A stretch of 37,796 bases of DNA, taken from positions 1 through 37,796 of the forward strand of contig CACZQD010000038.1 in NCBI GenBank assembly GCA_902783215.1. Reading direction: 5' to 3'. Position numbers and translations under genes: made by a program. The notes below the pieces were generated by a model that was not told where the DNA came from, ran no database searches, and saw nothing but the letters and a program-made list of their open reading frames with translations. Of the stretch, positions 18,331-25,782 are shown one piece after another. This DNA comes from an uncultured Erysipelotrichaceae bacterium (lineage in GTDB: Bacteria > Bacillota_I > Bacilli_A > RF39 > UBA660). Each line of letters opens with the position of its first letter. Positions within the stretch are counted from its first letter, which is position 1.

Positions 18331-18762
18331 ATGAGTAAAACGCAACTAGAAAATATTAAATATCGAATATTAAAAATGATTTCAAGTGGATTAATAACCA
18401 ATGAAGATATAAAAGAGTTAAATAGTATGACATGGGAAGAGGTATCTAATGCTTATAATCCTAATAGTTTTAAAAGTACTGTTTTATTTCAAATATATTG
18501 TAATCCATATTTACTATGTAATGATAATATAATCAAATTTAAATTTGGTATAGATATAGATGATATAGCAGATTTGTTAATTAAACGTTATAATAATGAA
18601 TTAGAAGAGTATACATATAGATTGAAAGAAGGATATATAAATAGGGATGAATATGAGTTAATGTGCGATGAATTATATTCATTATATTTTAATTCTTCAT
18701 TTGTATCAGAACGCCTATATAGAATTAGAAAAAAATTCGTATTAAAAATGTTTGAAAAATAA
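18331..18762 (+). CDS. hypothetical protein (143 aa)
   Basis: The ORF is preceded by TTGTAT-17-TGcTAAAAT (about 18278-18306) and AGAGG. I prefer ATG 18331 over the TTG at 18280, which would lie inside that promoter. Confidence 0.5.
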   Translation: MSKTQLENIKYRILKMISSGLITNEDIKELNSMTWEEVSNAYNPNSFKSTVLFQIYCNPYLLCNDNIIKFKFGIDIDDIADLLIKRYNNELEEYTYRLKEGYINRDEYELMCDELYSLYFNSSFVSERLYRIRKKFVLKMFEK

Positions 18763-18780
18763 TAAGAATTGTGCTAAAAT
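18752..18780 (+). promoter_or_regulatory. promoter of the pheST leader
   Basis: TTGAAA (18752-18757), 17 nt, then the extended -10 TGcTAAAAT (18772-18780). Confidence 0.6.
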
Positions 18781-18785
18781 GTAAG

Positions 18786-18993
18786 AAAGCGATGACGAAA
18801 GAGTAGTAGTAAAATTAATTATTTGAAGAGAGTTAGTGGTTGGTGGGAACTAATAATAATATTTTATGAATTCACTTTCTAGTGTTATATTTAAAATTTA
18901 TAACGGTGACGCGTTATAGTCTTAAGTGCATAATAAATATTATGAAGTAGGGTGGTACCGCGATAATTCGTCCCTATATCATAATATTTTTTT
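18786..18993 (+). promoter_or_regulatory. T-box riboswitch leader (Phe specifier UUC) with terminator/antiterminator
   Basis: Stem I elements are present (GCGATGA...AGAGAG...GGTTGGTGGGAAC). The candidate specifier UUC at 18871-18873 is followed by A. The T-box sequence AGTAGGGTGGTACCGCG lies at 18946-18962. A terminator helix follows (TATGAAGTAGGG...CCCTATATCATA) with T8. The leader sits directly upstream of pheS. Confidence 0.85.
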
Positions 18994-19010
18994 TGATAGG
19001 AGGAAAGATT

Positions 19011-20054
19011 ATGGAAGATGTAAAAATTAATAGTATTATTAATGATATTAATGAGAAAATGAAAAATGTTGAAGGTTTAAATGAGTTATATGCTTTAAAG
19101 GTAGAATATACTGGTAAAAAAGGTATTATTACTGAATTACAAAGTGGTATTAAAGAAGCTACTGATAAGAAAGCTTATGGAATGAGTTTAAATAAAATTA
19201 AGACTGAATTTAATAGTAAATATCAGGAAAAAGAAATGGAAATAAATGATCGTATTTTAAAAGAAAAATTGGAAAGTGAACGTATAGATATAACACTTCC
19301 AAGTAAAAGGATTAGACGTGGTACCAAACATCCAATGACTATGACTATTGAGAAGATTGAAGATTTATTTGTATCTATGGGATATGATGTTGTTGATGGA
19401 CCTGAGTTAGAGTCGGATGAATATTGTTTTGAAAGATTAAATTTACCTAAGAATCATCCAGCTCGTGATATGCAAGATAGTTTTTATATAACGAATGAAA
19501 AATTACTTAGGACACAGACATCTGCTGTTCAAGCTCGTTATATGGAAAGTAAAAAAGAACCTGAACCAATTAGAATAATTGTGCCAGGAAAAACTTATAG
19601 AAGAGATGATGATGCTTCACATGCTCCACAATTTGGTCAAATAGAAGGATTAGTTGTTGATAAAAAAGAAAACAATGTATCTTTGGCTGATTTAAAAGGA
19701 ACTCTGGAAATATTTGCACGTACAATGTTAGGCGATGATTTAGATATTAGATTTAGGCCAAGTTATTTCCCATTTACGGAACCATCTTATGAAGTAGATG
19801 TTACTTGTTTTAAATGTCATGGTAAAGGATGTAATTTGTGCAAAGAAACAGGTTGGATTGAAGTTTTTGCAGCTGGTATGGTTCATCCTAATGTCTTACG
19901 TGATAATGGCTATGATCCAGAGGTATGGGGTGGATTTGCTTTTGGTCCAGGATGGGATCGTATTACAATGTTTAAATATGGAATACCAGATATAAGACTT
20001 TTATATCAAAATGATATAAGATTCTTAAAACAATTTGATAGGAAGGATGATTAA
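19011..20054 (+). CDS. pheS: phenylalanine--tRNA ligase alpha subunit
   Basis: HPARDMQDSFY, LRTQTSAVQAR, PGKTYRRDDDASHAPQFGQIEG, FRPSYFPFTEPS and GFAFGPGWDRI are class II aaRS PheS motifs. The start is set at ATG 19011 after AGGAGGA. Confidence 0.93.
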   Translation: MEDVKINSIINDINEKMKNVEGLNELYALKVEYTGKKGIITELQSGIKEATDKKAYGMSLNKIKTEFNSKYQEKEMEINDRILKEKLESERIDITLPSKRIRRGTKHPMTMTIEKIEDLFVSMGYDVVDGPELESDEYCFERLNLPKNHPARDMQDSFYITNEKLLRTQTSAVQARYMESKKEPEPIRIIVPGKTYRRDDDASHAPQFGQIEGLVVDKKENNVSLADLKGTLEIFARTMLGDDLDIRFRPSYFPFTEPSYEVDVTCFKCHGKGCNLCKETGWIEVFAAGMVHPNVLRDNGYDPEVWGGFAFGPGWDRITMFKYGIPDIRLLYQNDIRFLKQFDRKDD

Positions 20055-20056
20055 TA

Positions 20057-22429
20057 ATGATATTATCGAGAAAGTTTATTAAAGATTATATTGATATTGA
20101 TGATAAGTTATCAATATCAGATATTGCTGAAGATATGACCAGAGTAGGTAATGAATATGATTATGCGGGACCACTTATTAATTGTACTAACTTAGTAGTA
20201 GGTAAAATCATTAAATGTGTTGATCATCCAGATAGTGATCATCTGCACCTTTGCAATGTTGATGTTGGTAATGAAGTTTTACAAATTGTTTGTGGTGCGC
20301 CTAATGCTAGAGAGGGTATCTATGTTATAGTTGCTTTAGTTGGGGCTAAACTTCCTAATGGAGAAATAAAAAAAGGTAAAATTAGAGGAGTAGAATCAAG
20401 TGGTATGATGTGCTCTAAGGCAGAGTTGGGACTTGATAATAAATTTTTAACAGATGCTGATAGAGAAGGAATATACGAGTTTTCAAACAAACCAAAATTA
20501 GGTATGAATGCTATCGAAGCTTTAGGATTGGACGATGAAATAATTGATTTTGAACTTACTTCTAATCGTGGCGATGAATTAAGTGTATTAGGACTTGCTT
20601 ATGAATTAGGTGCTATATATGATAAAAAAGTAAAAGATATTGATTTAAAATATACAGAAGATAAAGAAAGTATTAATGGTAAGTTTAATGTTGAAGTAAA
20701 AACAGATAATTGTAGTTTATTTTTAGCTAAAAAGGTTGTTGATGTAACAATCAAAGAAAGTCCAGAATTTATTAAAAATAGACTTATAGCTAGTAATATT
20801 AGACCAATCAATAATGTTGTTGATATATCTAATTATGTTATGTTAGAAACAGGACAACCACTTCATTATTATGATGCTGATCGTTTAGGTGATACCATTG
20901 TAGTTAGAATGGCTAAGGAAAATGAATTACTTACAACTTTAGATGGTGAAAAACGAATTTTAACTACTAATGATATAGTAATAGCTAATAAAAATGATGC
21001 TGTAGGTCTTGCCGGAGTTATGGGAGGACTTGATACTGAAGTAGAGGATACTACCAAAAATATAATTATTGAATCAGCTATCTTTGATGCAGCAAGTGTG
21101 CGAAAAACTAGTAAGAAAATCCTTAGAAGTGAAGCCTCTAATCGTTTTGAAAAGGGTCTTGATCCTAATAGAACGTATATGGCAATGGAAAGAAGTTGTG
21201 CTTTATTAGAAAAATATGCTGGTGCTAAAATCTTAAAAGATACAATTATTTATGATAAATCAAATAAAGAAGATAAAGCAATCGAAATAACTGAAGATAA
21301 TATTAATAATGTTTTAGGTACTGATATAAGTAAAAAAGAAATCATAAATATTTTTGAAAGATTAGGATTTAGTACCGAAGATAAAAAAGACAAAATAAAA
21401 GTAATTGTACCACAGAGAAGATTAGATATAAATATAAAAGAAGATTTAATTGAAGAAGTGGGAAGAATATATGGAATTAATAATATTGAAAGTAAACTTC
21501 CAAAATTAGATATGCGTCGTGGAACATTTGACAAGACAACGAGAAATATCAAAAATAAAATGGTTGATTTAGGACTTAATGAAGTATTAACACAAATATT
21601 TATTAATCCTAGTGAAGGTAAAAAGTATACTACTGATAATTTCGAAGTAGTTAAATTATTAGATCCATTATCAATAGAAAAAGCCGCACTAAGATATACA
21701 TTGGTGCCATCGTTAATGAAAGTATATGATTATAATAAAGCTCATGGAGTTAAAGATTTATCAATTTTTGAAATAGGTAAAGGTTTTTATCTAAAAGATT
21801 CAAAATATGGAGAAAATAGTAAATTATGTGCTTTATTGACAGGAGATTACTTTTATCAAGTAGGTAACAATATAAAAATAGATTTTTATATTGTTAAAGG
21901 AATAGTTGAAGAATTATTAGATTATTTAGGATACAGTAATAGATATAATTTGGTAGTACCAAATAACATTGCTGAAGAATTTCATTCAGGGGTATATGCT
22001 AATATATGTTTACAAGGAAAAGAAATAGGATTTATTGGTAAATTAAACCCATCTATAGTGAAAGAAGATGTATATCTATTTGAAATTAATTTAGATAAAT
22101 TATTAAAAAATAGAACATCAAAAATAAAATTTAAAGAAATATCTAAATATCCTACTATCACTAAGGATTTAGCTTTCATTATGAAAAAAGATGTTATGAA
22201 TAGTGATATTGAAAAAATTATAAAAAAAGCCGGTGGAAGATTACTTGATGATATTCAAATATTTGACATTTATACTGGTGAAAAGATATCTAGGGATGAA
22301 AAATCTATTGCTTATTCTTTAACATTTAAGGATGAAAATCGTACTTTAAATGAAGAAGAAGTTATGGAAGTATTTAATAACATTATTGATAAAGTTGAAA
22401 AAACAGGTGCGAAATTAAGAAATGAATAA
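20057..22429 (+). CDS. pheT: phenylalanine--tRNA ligase beta subunit
   Basis: The 790-aa ORF has the tRNA-binding domain (VVGKIIKCVDHPDSDHLHLCNVDVG), B3/4 and B5 domains, and the C-terminal FDIYTGEKI...SIAYSLTF ferredoxin-fold domain. Confidence 0.93.
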   Translation: MILSRKFIKDYIDIDDKLSISDIAEDMTRVGNEYDYAGPLINCTNLVVGKIIKCVDHPDSDHLHLCNVDVGNEVLQIVCGAPNAREGIYVIVALVGAKLPNGEIKKGKIRGVESSGMMCSKAELGLDNKFLTDADREGIYEFSNKPKLGMNAIEALGLDDEIIDFELTSNRGDELSVLGLAYELGAIYDKKVKDIDLKYTEDKESINGKFNVEVKTDNCSLFLAKKVVDVTIKESPEFIKNRLIASNIRPINNVVDISNYVMLETGQPLHYYDADRLGDTIVVRMAKENELLTTLDGEKRILTTNDIVIANKNDAVGLAGVMGGLDTEVEDTTKNIIIESAIFDAASVRKTSKKILRSEASNRFEKGLDPNRTYMAMERSCALLEKYAGAKILKDTIIYDKSNKEDKAIEITEDNINNVLGTDISKKEIINIFERLGFSTEDKKDKIKVIVPQRRLDINIKEDLIEEVGRIYGINNIESKLPKLDMRRGTFDKTTRNIKNKMVDLGLNEVLTQIFINPSEGKKYTTDNFEVVKLLDPLSIEKAALRYTLVPSLMKVYDYNKAHGVKDLSIFEIGKGFYLKDSKYGENSKLCALLTGDYFYQVGNNIKIDFYIVKGIVEELLDYLGYSNRYNLVVPNNIAEEFHSGVYANICLQGKEIGFIGKLNPSIVKEDVYLFEINLDKLLKNRTSKIKFKEISKYPTITKDLAFIMKKDVMNSDIEKIIKKAGGRLLDDIQIFDIYTGEKISRDEKSIAYSLTFKDENRTLNEEEVMEVFNNIIDKVEKTGAKLRNE

Positions 22430-23057
22430 AGCTCAGAATGTTATTGAATATTATGTTCAATGTAATAATTTGAAAAATGTTATTCGTACTGGTTGAAAAA
22501 ATTGAAATATAAAAAAAGAACGTTTAGAAAGTGTTGCTGAGCATATCTTTGGCGTTCAAATGCTAGCTATTGCTATGTATTCAGAGTATAATTATGATAT
22601 TGATATAAAAAAAGTAATCACTATGCTCGCACTACATGAATTAGAAGAAATAATTATTGGTGATTTAACTTTATTTGATATATCCAAAAAAGATAAGGAA
22701 ATTATTGGTCACGATGCTGTTAATAAAGTTGTTAAATCGTTAAAAATTAAAGATGATATTAAAAATATAGTATTAGAATTTGATAGTTTAAAAACAAAAG
22801 AAGCTCGCTTTGCTTTTTACTGTGATAAACTAGAAGCTGATATTCAATCAAAGCTATATGATGAAGAATGATGTGTTGATATAAATAATCAGCAAAATAA
22901 CAAAGTTATAAAAGATAAAAAAGTACAGAAATTACTTCAAGAAGGTAAAAGTTTTTCGGGAATGTGGATATTATTTGGACAAGAACGATATGGATATGAT
23001 GATAATTTTAAGGAAGTATCTAAATATGTGTTAAAAAATAAAGTTTCTTATAAATAA
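22422..23057 (+). pseudogene. HD-domain (YfbR/HD_3-like 5'-nucleotidase family) gene with three in-frame TGA codons; either a pseudogene or a TGA-read-as-Trp gene
   Basis: The ATG at 22422 overlaps the pheT stop (ATGAATAA). A single frame reads MNKAQNVIEYYVQCNNLKNVIRTG-TGA-KN-TGA-NIKKERLESVAEHIFGVQMLA...LHELEEIIIGDL...FYCDKLEADIQSKLYDEE-TGA-CVDINN...GMWILFGQERYGYDD...SYK-TAA. The TGAs lie at 22494, 22503 and 22869. The supplied ORF 22560-22871 is only the middle piece. Confidence 0.7.
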
Positions 23058-23069
23058 GAACAAATGTTC

Positions 23070-23098
23070 TTGTGCAAAATATAGAATAATGGTATGAT
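23070..23098 (+). promoter_or_regulatory. promoter for the small hydrophobic ORF transcript
   Basis: TTGTGC (23070-23075), 17 nt, then the extended -10 TGgTATGAT (23090-23098). Confidence 0.55.
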
Positions 23099-23136
23099 AA
23101 AATTATGGAACATTTAAGAGTTGGGTGATTTGCCAA
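23094..23136. repeat. left arm of an imperfect inverted repeat (partner 23289-23327)
   Basis: ATGATAAAATTATGGAACATTTAAGAGTTGGGTGATTTGCCAA compared with the reverse complement of the right arm, ATGATAAAATGGAACACCTAAGTTGTTGGGTGTTGCCAA. Matching blocks are 9+7+4+8+7 nt. Confidence 0.8.
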
Positions 23137-23164
23137 CCTTCAAAATAGGAGGGGAGGCAATAGT

Positions 23165-23248
23165 ATGAGTAAGAGGGATTTATTAATTACTTCATTAGTC
23201 ATTTATATCTTCCTGTTATTACTGTTACTTTATAAAGTAACAATATAA
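23165..23248 (+). CDS. 27-aa hydrophobic peptide, candidate type I toxin
   Basis: MSKRDLLITSLVIYIFLLLLLLYKVTI has a charged N-terminus, one TM helix and a short polar tail. A very strong SD (AGGAGGGGAGG, 23148-23158) lies 6 nt upstream. It is absent from the ORF track because of its length. Confidence 0.5.
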   Translation: MSKRDLLITSLVIYIFLLLLLLYKVTI

Positions 23249-23249
23249 T

Positions 23250-23347
23250 AAGAAAATCACCTAACAATTGTTAGGTGAACCAAGTTATTTGGCAACACCC
23301 AACAACTTAGGTGTTCCATTTTATCATATGCAGAAATATCTGTTTAC
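23250..23347 (-). ncRNA. candidate cis-antisense sRNA (putative antitoxin), about 100 nt
   Basis: The minus strand has TTGACA (23382-23377), 17 nt, then TAAAAT (23359-23354). Downstream is a perfect palindromic hairpin TCACCTAACA/TGTTAGGTGA (23278-23257) followed on the minus strand by TTTTCTT. The transcript would be complementary to the 3' region and right arm of the plus-strand RNA. The ends are predicted, not observed. Confidence 0.4.
23289..23327. repeat. right arm of the inverted repeat (partner 23094-23136)
   Basis: See the left arm. The two arms bracket the 27-codon ORF and the palindromic hairpin. Confidence 0.8.
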
Positions 23348-23385
23348 ATATAGATTTTAGCGCATAATTAATATCTTGTCAATTA

Positions 23386-24813
23386 CTATACTTGAAAGAT
23401 TCCTCCAATACTTTTATTGATTATTGAGTCATATTTTTCATATACGTATTGACCACCAGCAATAATAATAATACCGCCTTCGTTTAATTCATTATTTGCT
23501 TTGTCTTTATATAAACTGTCTATAATTATATTTCTTGTTTTTTCTTCTTGACCATTATATAATTTTGGAATAACTCCCCAAAACAAACCTAATTGATGAT
23601 AAAGTTTTTTATTTTTAGTAATAGCTACTATTGGGCATTGCGGTGTGAAACTAGTTATAATTCTTGGCGTATTACTTGTTTTTGTAAAACAATAAATAGC
23701 TTTTGCATTAGTATTCATTGCGGATGCACACATAGCTTGATCAATTTTAAATTCAAAATCATCTTCAGTTAAAGGACGAAGTTTAAATCTTTTCCAATAT
23801 TTAATGGATTTTTCAACTGTATTGGCAATTCTATTCATTGTTTTAATACATTCAATAGGATATTTACCGGTTGCAGTCTCTCCTGATAACATAATCGCAC
23901 TAGTACCATCATATATTGCATTAGCGACATCGCTAGTTTCTGCTCTAGTCGGAGTAGGGTTATTAATCATCGATTCTAACATTTGAGTAGCTGTTATTAC
24001 TATTTTACCACTTGTATAAGCTTTTTTAATAAAGTATTTTTGAATGACAGGAACTTTGTCCATTTCTACTTCTACTCCTAAATCTCCTCTAGCTACCATT
24101 ATTCCATCAGATACTTTTAGTATTTCATCAAAATTATTTACTCCTGCTTGATTTTCAATTTTAGATATAACTTTTATATGTGAACCATTATTATCATCTA
24201 ATATTTTTTTGATAGCTATAACATCATCAGCTTTTTGTACAAAAGATGCAGCAATATAATCAAAGTCATGTTCTATTCCATATTTAATATCATTAATATC
24301 CTTTTCAGTTAAACTAGGTAAGTTTAATTTTAAATTAGGAATATTAATACTTTTATTATTAGATAATTCTCCACCAACTAATACTTTACAAATAATATCT
24401 TTATTAATTATTTCTTTAACTTCTAGTTTTATTAATCCATCATCTAATAAAATTATAGAGTTGGTAGTAACATCATTATATAAATTATCATATGTAATAG
24501 ATACTTTATTACTATCACCTATAATATCTTCACAAGTTAAAATAAAAGTGTCGTTCTCATTTAAAAATATTTTATCGTTTTTAAATTTTTTAATTCTTAT
24601 TTCTGGACCTTTAGTATCTAAAAGTAATGATATAGGTAGATTTAATTCATTTCTTAGCTTATTAATTAAGTTTACTGTATCTTCTTGATCTTCACCATTT
24701 CCATGGGAAAAATTTAACCTACAAACATTCATTCCTGATAACATCATTTGTTTTAAAGTTTCTTCATTATTAGAAGATGGTCCAATGGTACATATTATTT
24801 TTGTTTTCCTCAT
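23386..24813 (-). CDS. pyk: pyruvate kinase
   Basis: MRKTKIICTIGPSS, NVCRLNFSHG, LLDTKGPEIR, ISKIENQAGV, IMVARGDLGVE and TQMLESM are canonical PK motifs. At 475 aa there is no PEP-utilizer extension. GGAGGA precedes the ATG. Confidence 0.93.
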   Translation of the reverse strand: MRKTKIICTIGPSSNNEETLKQMMLSGMNVCRLNFSHGNGEDQEDTVNLINKLRNELNLPISLLLDTKGPEIRIKKFKNDKIFLNENDTFILTCEDIIGDSNKVSITYDNLYNDVTTNSIILLDDGLIKLEVKEIINKDIICKVLVGGELSNNKSINIPNLKLNLPSLTEKDINDIKYGIEHDFDYIAASFVQKADDVIAIKKILDDNNGSHIKVISKIENQAGVNNFDEILKVSDGIMVARGDLGVEVEMDKVPVIQKYFIKKAYTSGKIVITATQMLESMINNPTPTRAETSDVANAIYDGTSAIMLSGETATGKYPIECIKTMNRIANTVEKSIKYWKRFKLRPLTEDDFEFKIDQAMCASAMNTNAKAIYCFTKTSNTPRIITSFTPQCPIVAITKNKKLYHQLGLFWGVIPKLYNGQEEKTRNIIIDSLYKDKANNELNEGGIIIIAGGQYVYEKYDSIINKSIGGIFQV

Positions 24814-24872
24814 ATTTTATCCTCCATATTAATTTTATATTAAATATAAAATAAAATCAACTTTTTTGCACT

Positions 24873-24898
24873 AAAAAACTAATCTATTGCTAGATTAG
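24873..24898 (-). terminator. rho-independent terminator downstream of tRNA-His
   Basis: 8-bp stem CTAATCTA/TAGATTAG (24879-24898) followed on the minus strand by T6 (24878-24873). Confidence 0.7.
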
Positions 24899-24928
24899 TA
24901 AACTCGATAATTCGAGATTATTTTTAAG

Positions 24929-25005
24929 TGGGGCAGAATAAGGGATTCGAACCCTTGCATAATGGAACCACAATCCACCGTGTTAACCCCTTCACCAATT
25001 CTGCC
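24929..25005 (-). tRNA. tRNA-His (anticodon GUG) with encoded G-1 and CCA
   Basis: Hand-folded from the reverse complement: G-1, acceptor GCAGAAT/ATTCTGC, D arm GTGA..ACAC, anticodon stem GTGGA/TCCAT with loop TTGTGGT (GTG), T arm AAGGG-TTCGAAT-CCCTT, discriminator C, then CCA. Confidence 0.85.
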
Positions 25006-25021
25006 ATGTCGTACGTATAAA

Positions 25022-25050
25022 AATATATCATATATTCTTTGTTTTGTCAA
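25022..25050 (-). promoter_or_regulatory. promoter of tRNA-His
   Basis: The minus strand has TTGACA (25050-25045), 17 nt, then the extended -10 TGaTATATT (-10 at 25027-25022). Confidence 0.6.
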
Positions 25051-25076
25051 TGAATTTGAACTTAAATTTGACAAAT

Positions 25077-25105
25077 TTGACAAAATAAATATTTTGATTT
25101 AAAAT
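25077..25105 (+). promoter_or_regulatory. promoter of the 25131 gene
   Basis: TTGACA (25077-25082), 17 nt, then TAAAAT (25100-25105). GGGAGGG lies before ATG 25131. Confidence 0.6.
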
Positions 25106-25130
25106 ACTTCTTGTTTAGGGAGGGAAGTAT

Positions 25131-25724
25131 ATGAGCGAATTTGGAAGAACGCTTGCTAAATTAACAGCTAAATCAGATGGAGCTAAAATAATTCATGGAG
25201 ATAATCTTATTTTAAATCCGCTAATGGAGTGGAATAAATGGCTATCTTATGAAACAAAAGAAGAAAGAGAAAGAAAAGATTTATTGAATCATTTAAAACC
25301 TAATGAATTAACTGAAGATCAATTAGGAGAATTACGGTATTATAAAAGACAAGAAAGATTAAGCCAATTATTTATTAAGTATGATCAAGGTAATTGTACA
25401 CAAGATGAATATTTAGAGGTATATGACTATACAGTTAAACATTCAATTATGGATTTAATGATTAGAAAATTAACCAAACAAGAATTAGTTGAAGCTTATC
25501 AAATAATTGAAAATTGTAAATTATTATCGCGAGAAGAATTAATGGATATTAGAGATAATTATAAACAAGATGAGAATTATGCTACTTTATCTCATTTCGA
25601 TGCTTTTGTTCTTCATGTATTGTGTGATATGTGTAGTCGCTTAGCTCATGAAAAATGTGTAGTAGAAATAGCTAGTCAAAAACGTTTAATTAATGATGCT
25701 AATGATTATAAAACATTGATATAA
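25131..25724 (+). CDS. hypothetical protein (197 aa, helical, charged), no domain recognised
   Basis: Clean ORF with a strong SD, its own promoter and its own terminator. Confidence 0.55.
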   Translation: MSEFGRTLAKLTAKSDGAKIIHGDNLILNPLMEWNKWLSYETKEERERKDLLNHLKPNELTEDQLGELRYYKRQERLSQLFIKYDQGNCTQDEYLEVYDYTVKHSIMDLMIRKLTKQELVEAYQIIENCKLLSREELMDIRDNYKQDENYATLSHFDAFVLHVLCDMCSRLAHEKCVVEIASQKRLINDANDYKTLI

Positions 25725-25741
25725 ATTATCGATGTTTTTTT
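25713..25741 (+). terminator. rho-independent terminator
   Basis: ACATTGATA-TAAAT-TATCGATGT (9 bp, one G-T pair) followed by T7. It overlaps the stop codon. Confidence 0.7.
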
Positions 25742-25782
25742 GATTCAAACAAAGAAATGTATGTTAAAAAATACAATAAAAA

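Noticed and set aside
22560-22871. Supplied 103-aa ORF treated as a stand-alone gene
   Set aside because: It begins at an internal Met of the longer HD-domain frame that starts at 22422. It lacks an SD, and it lacks the N-terminal His-containing segment of the domain.
23094-23327. The 234-bp unit bounded by inverted repeats interpreted as a MITE or other miniature mobile element
   Set aside because: I could not identify target-site duplications, and no second copy exists in the window. The interior holds an ORF with a very strong SD, and convergent promoter and terminator signals are correctly placed for a sense/antisense RNA pair. This cannot be excluded without a genome-wide copy search.
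24895-25083. 62-aa minus-strand ORF
   Set aside because: It is entirely explained by tRNA-His and its promoter and terminator region, and it has no SD.
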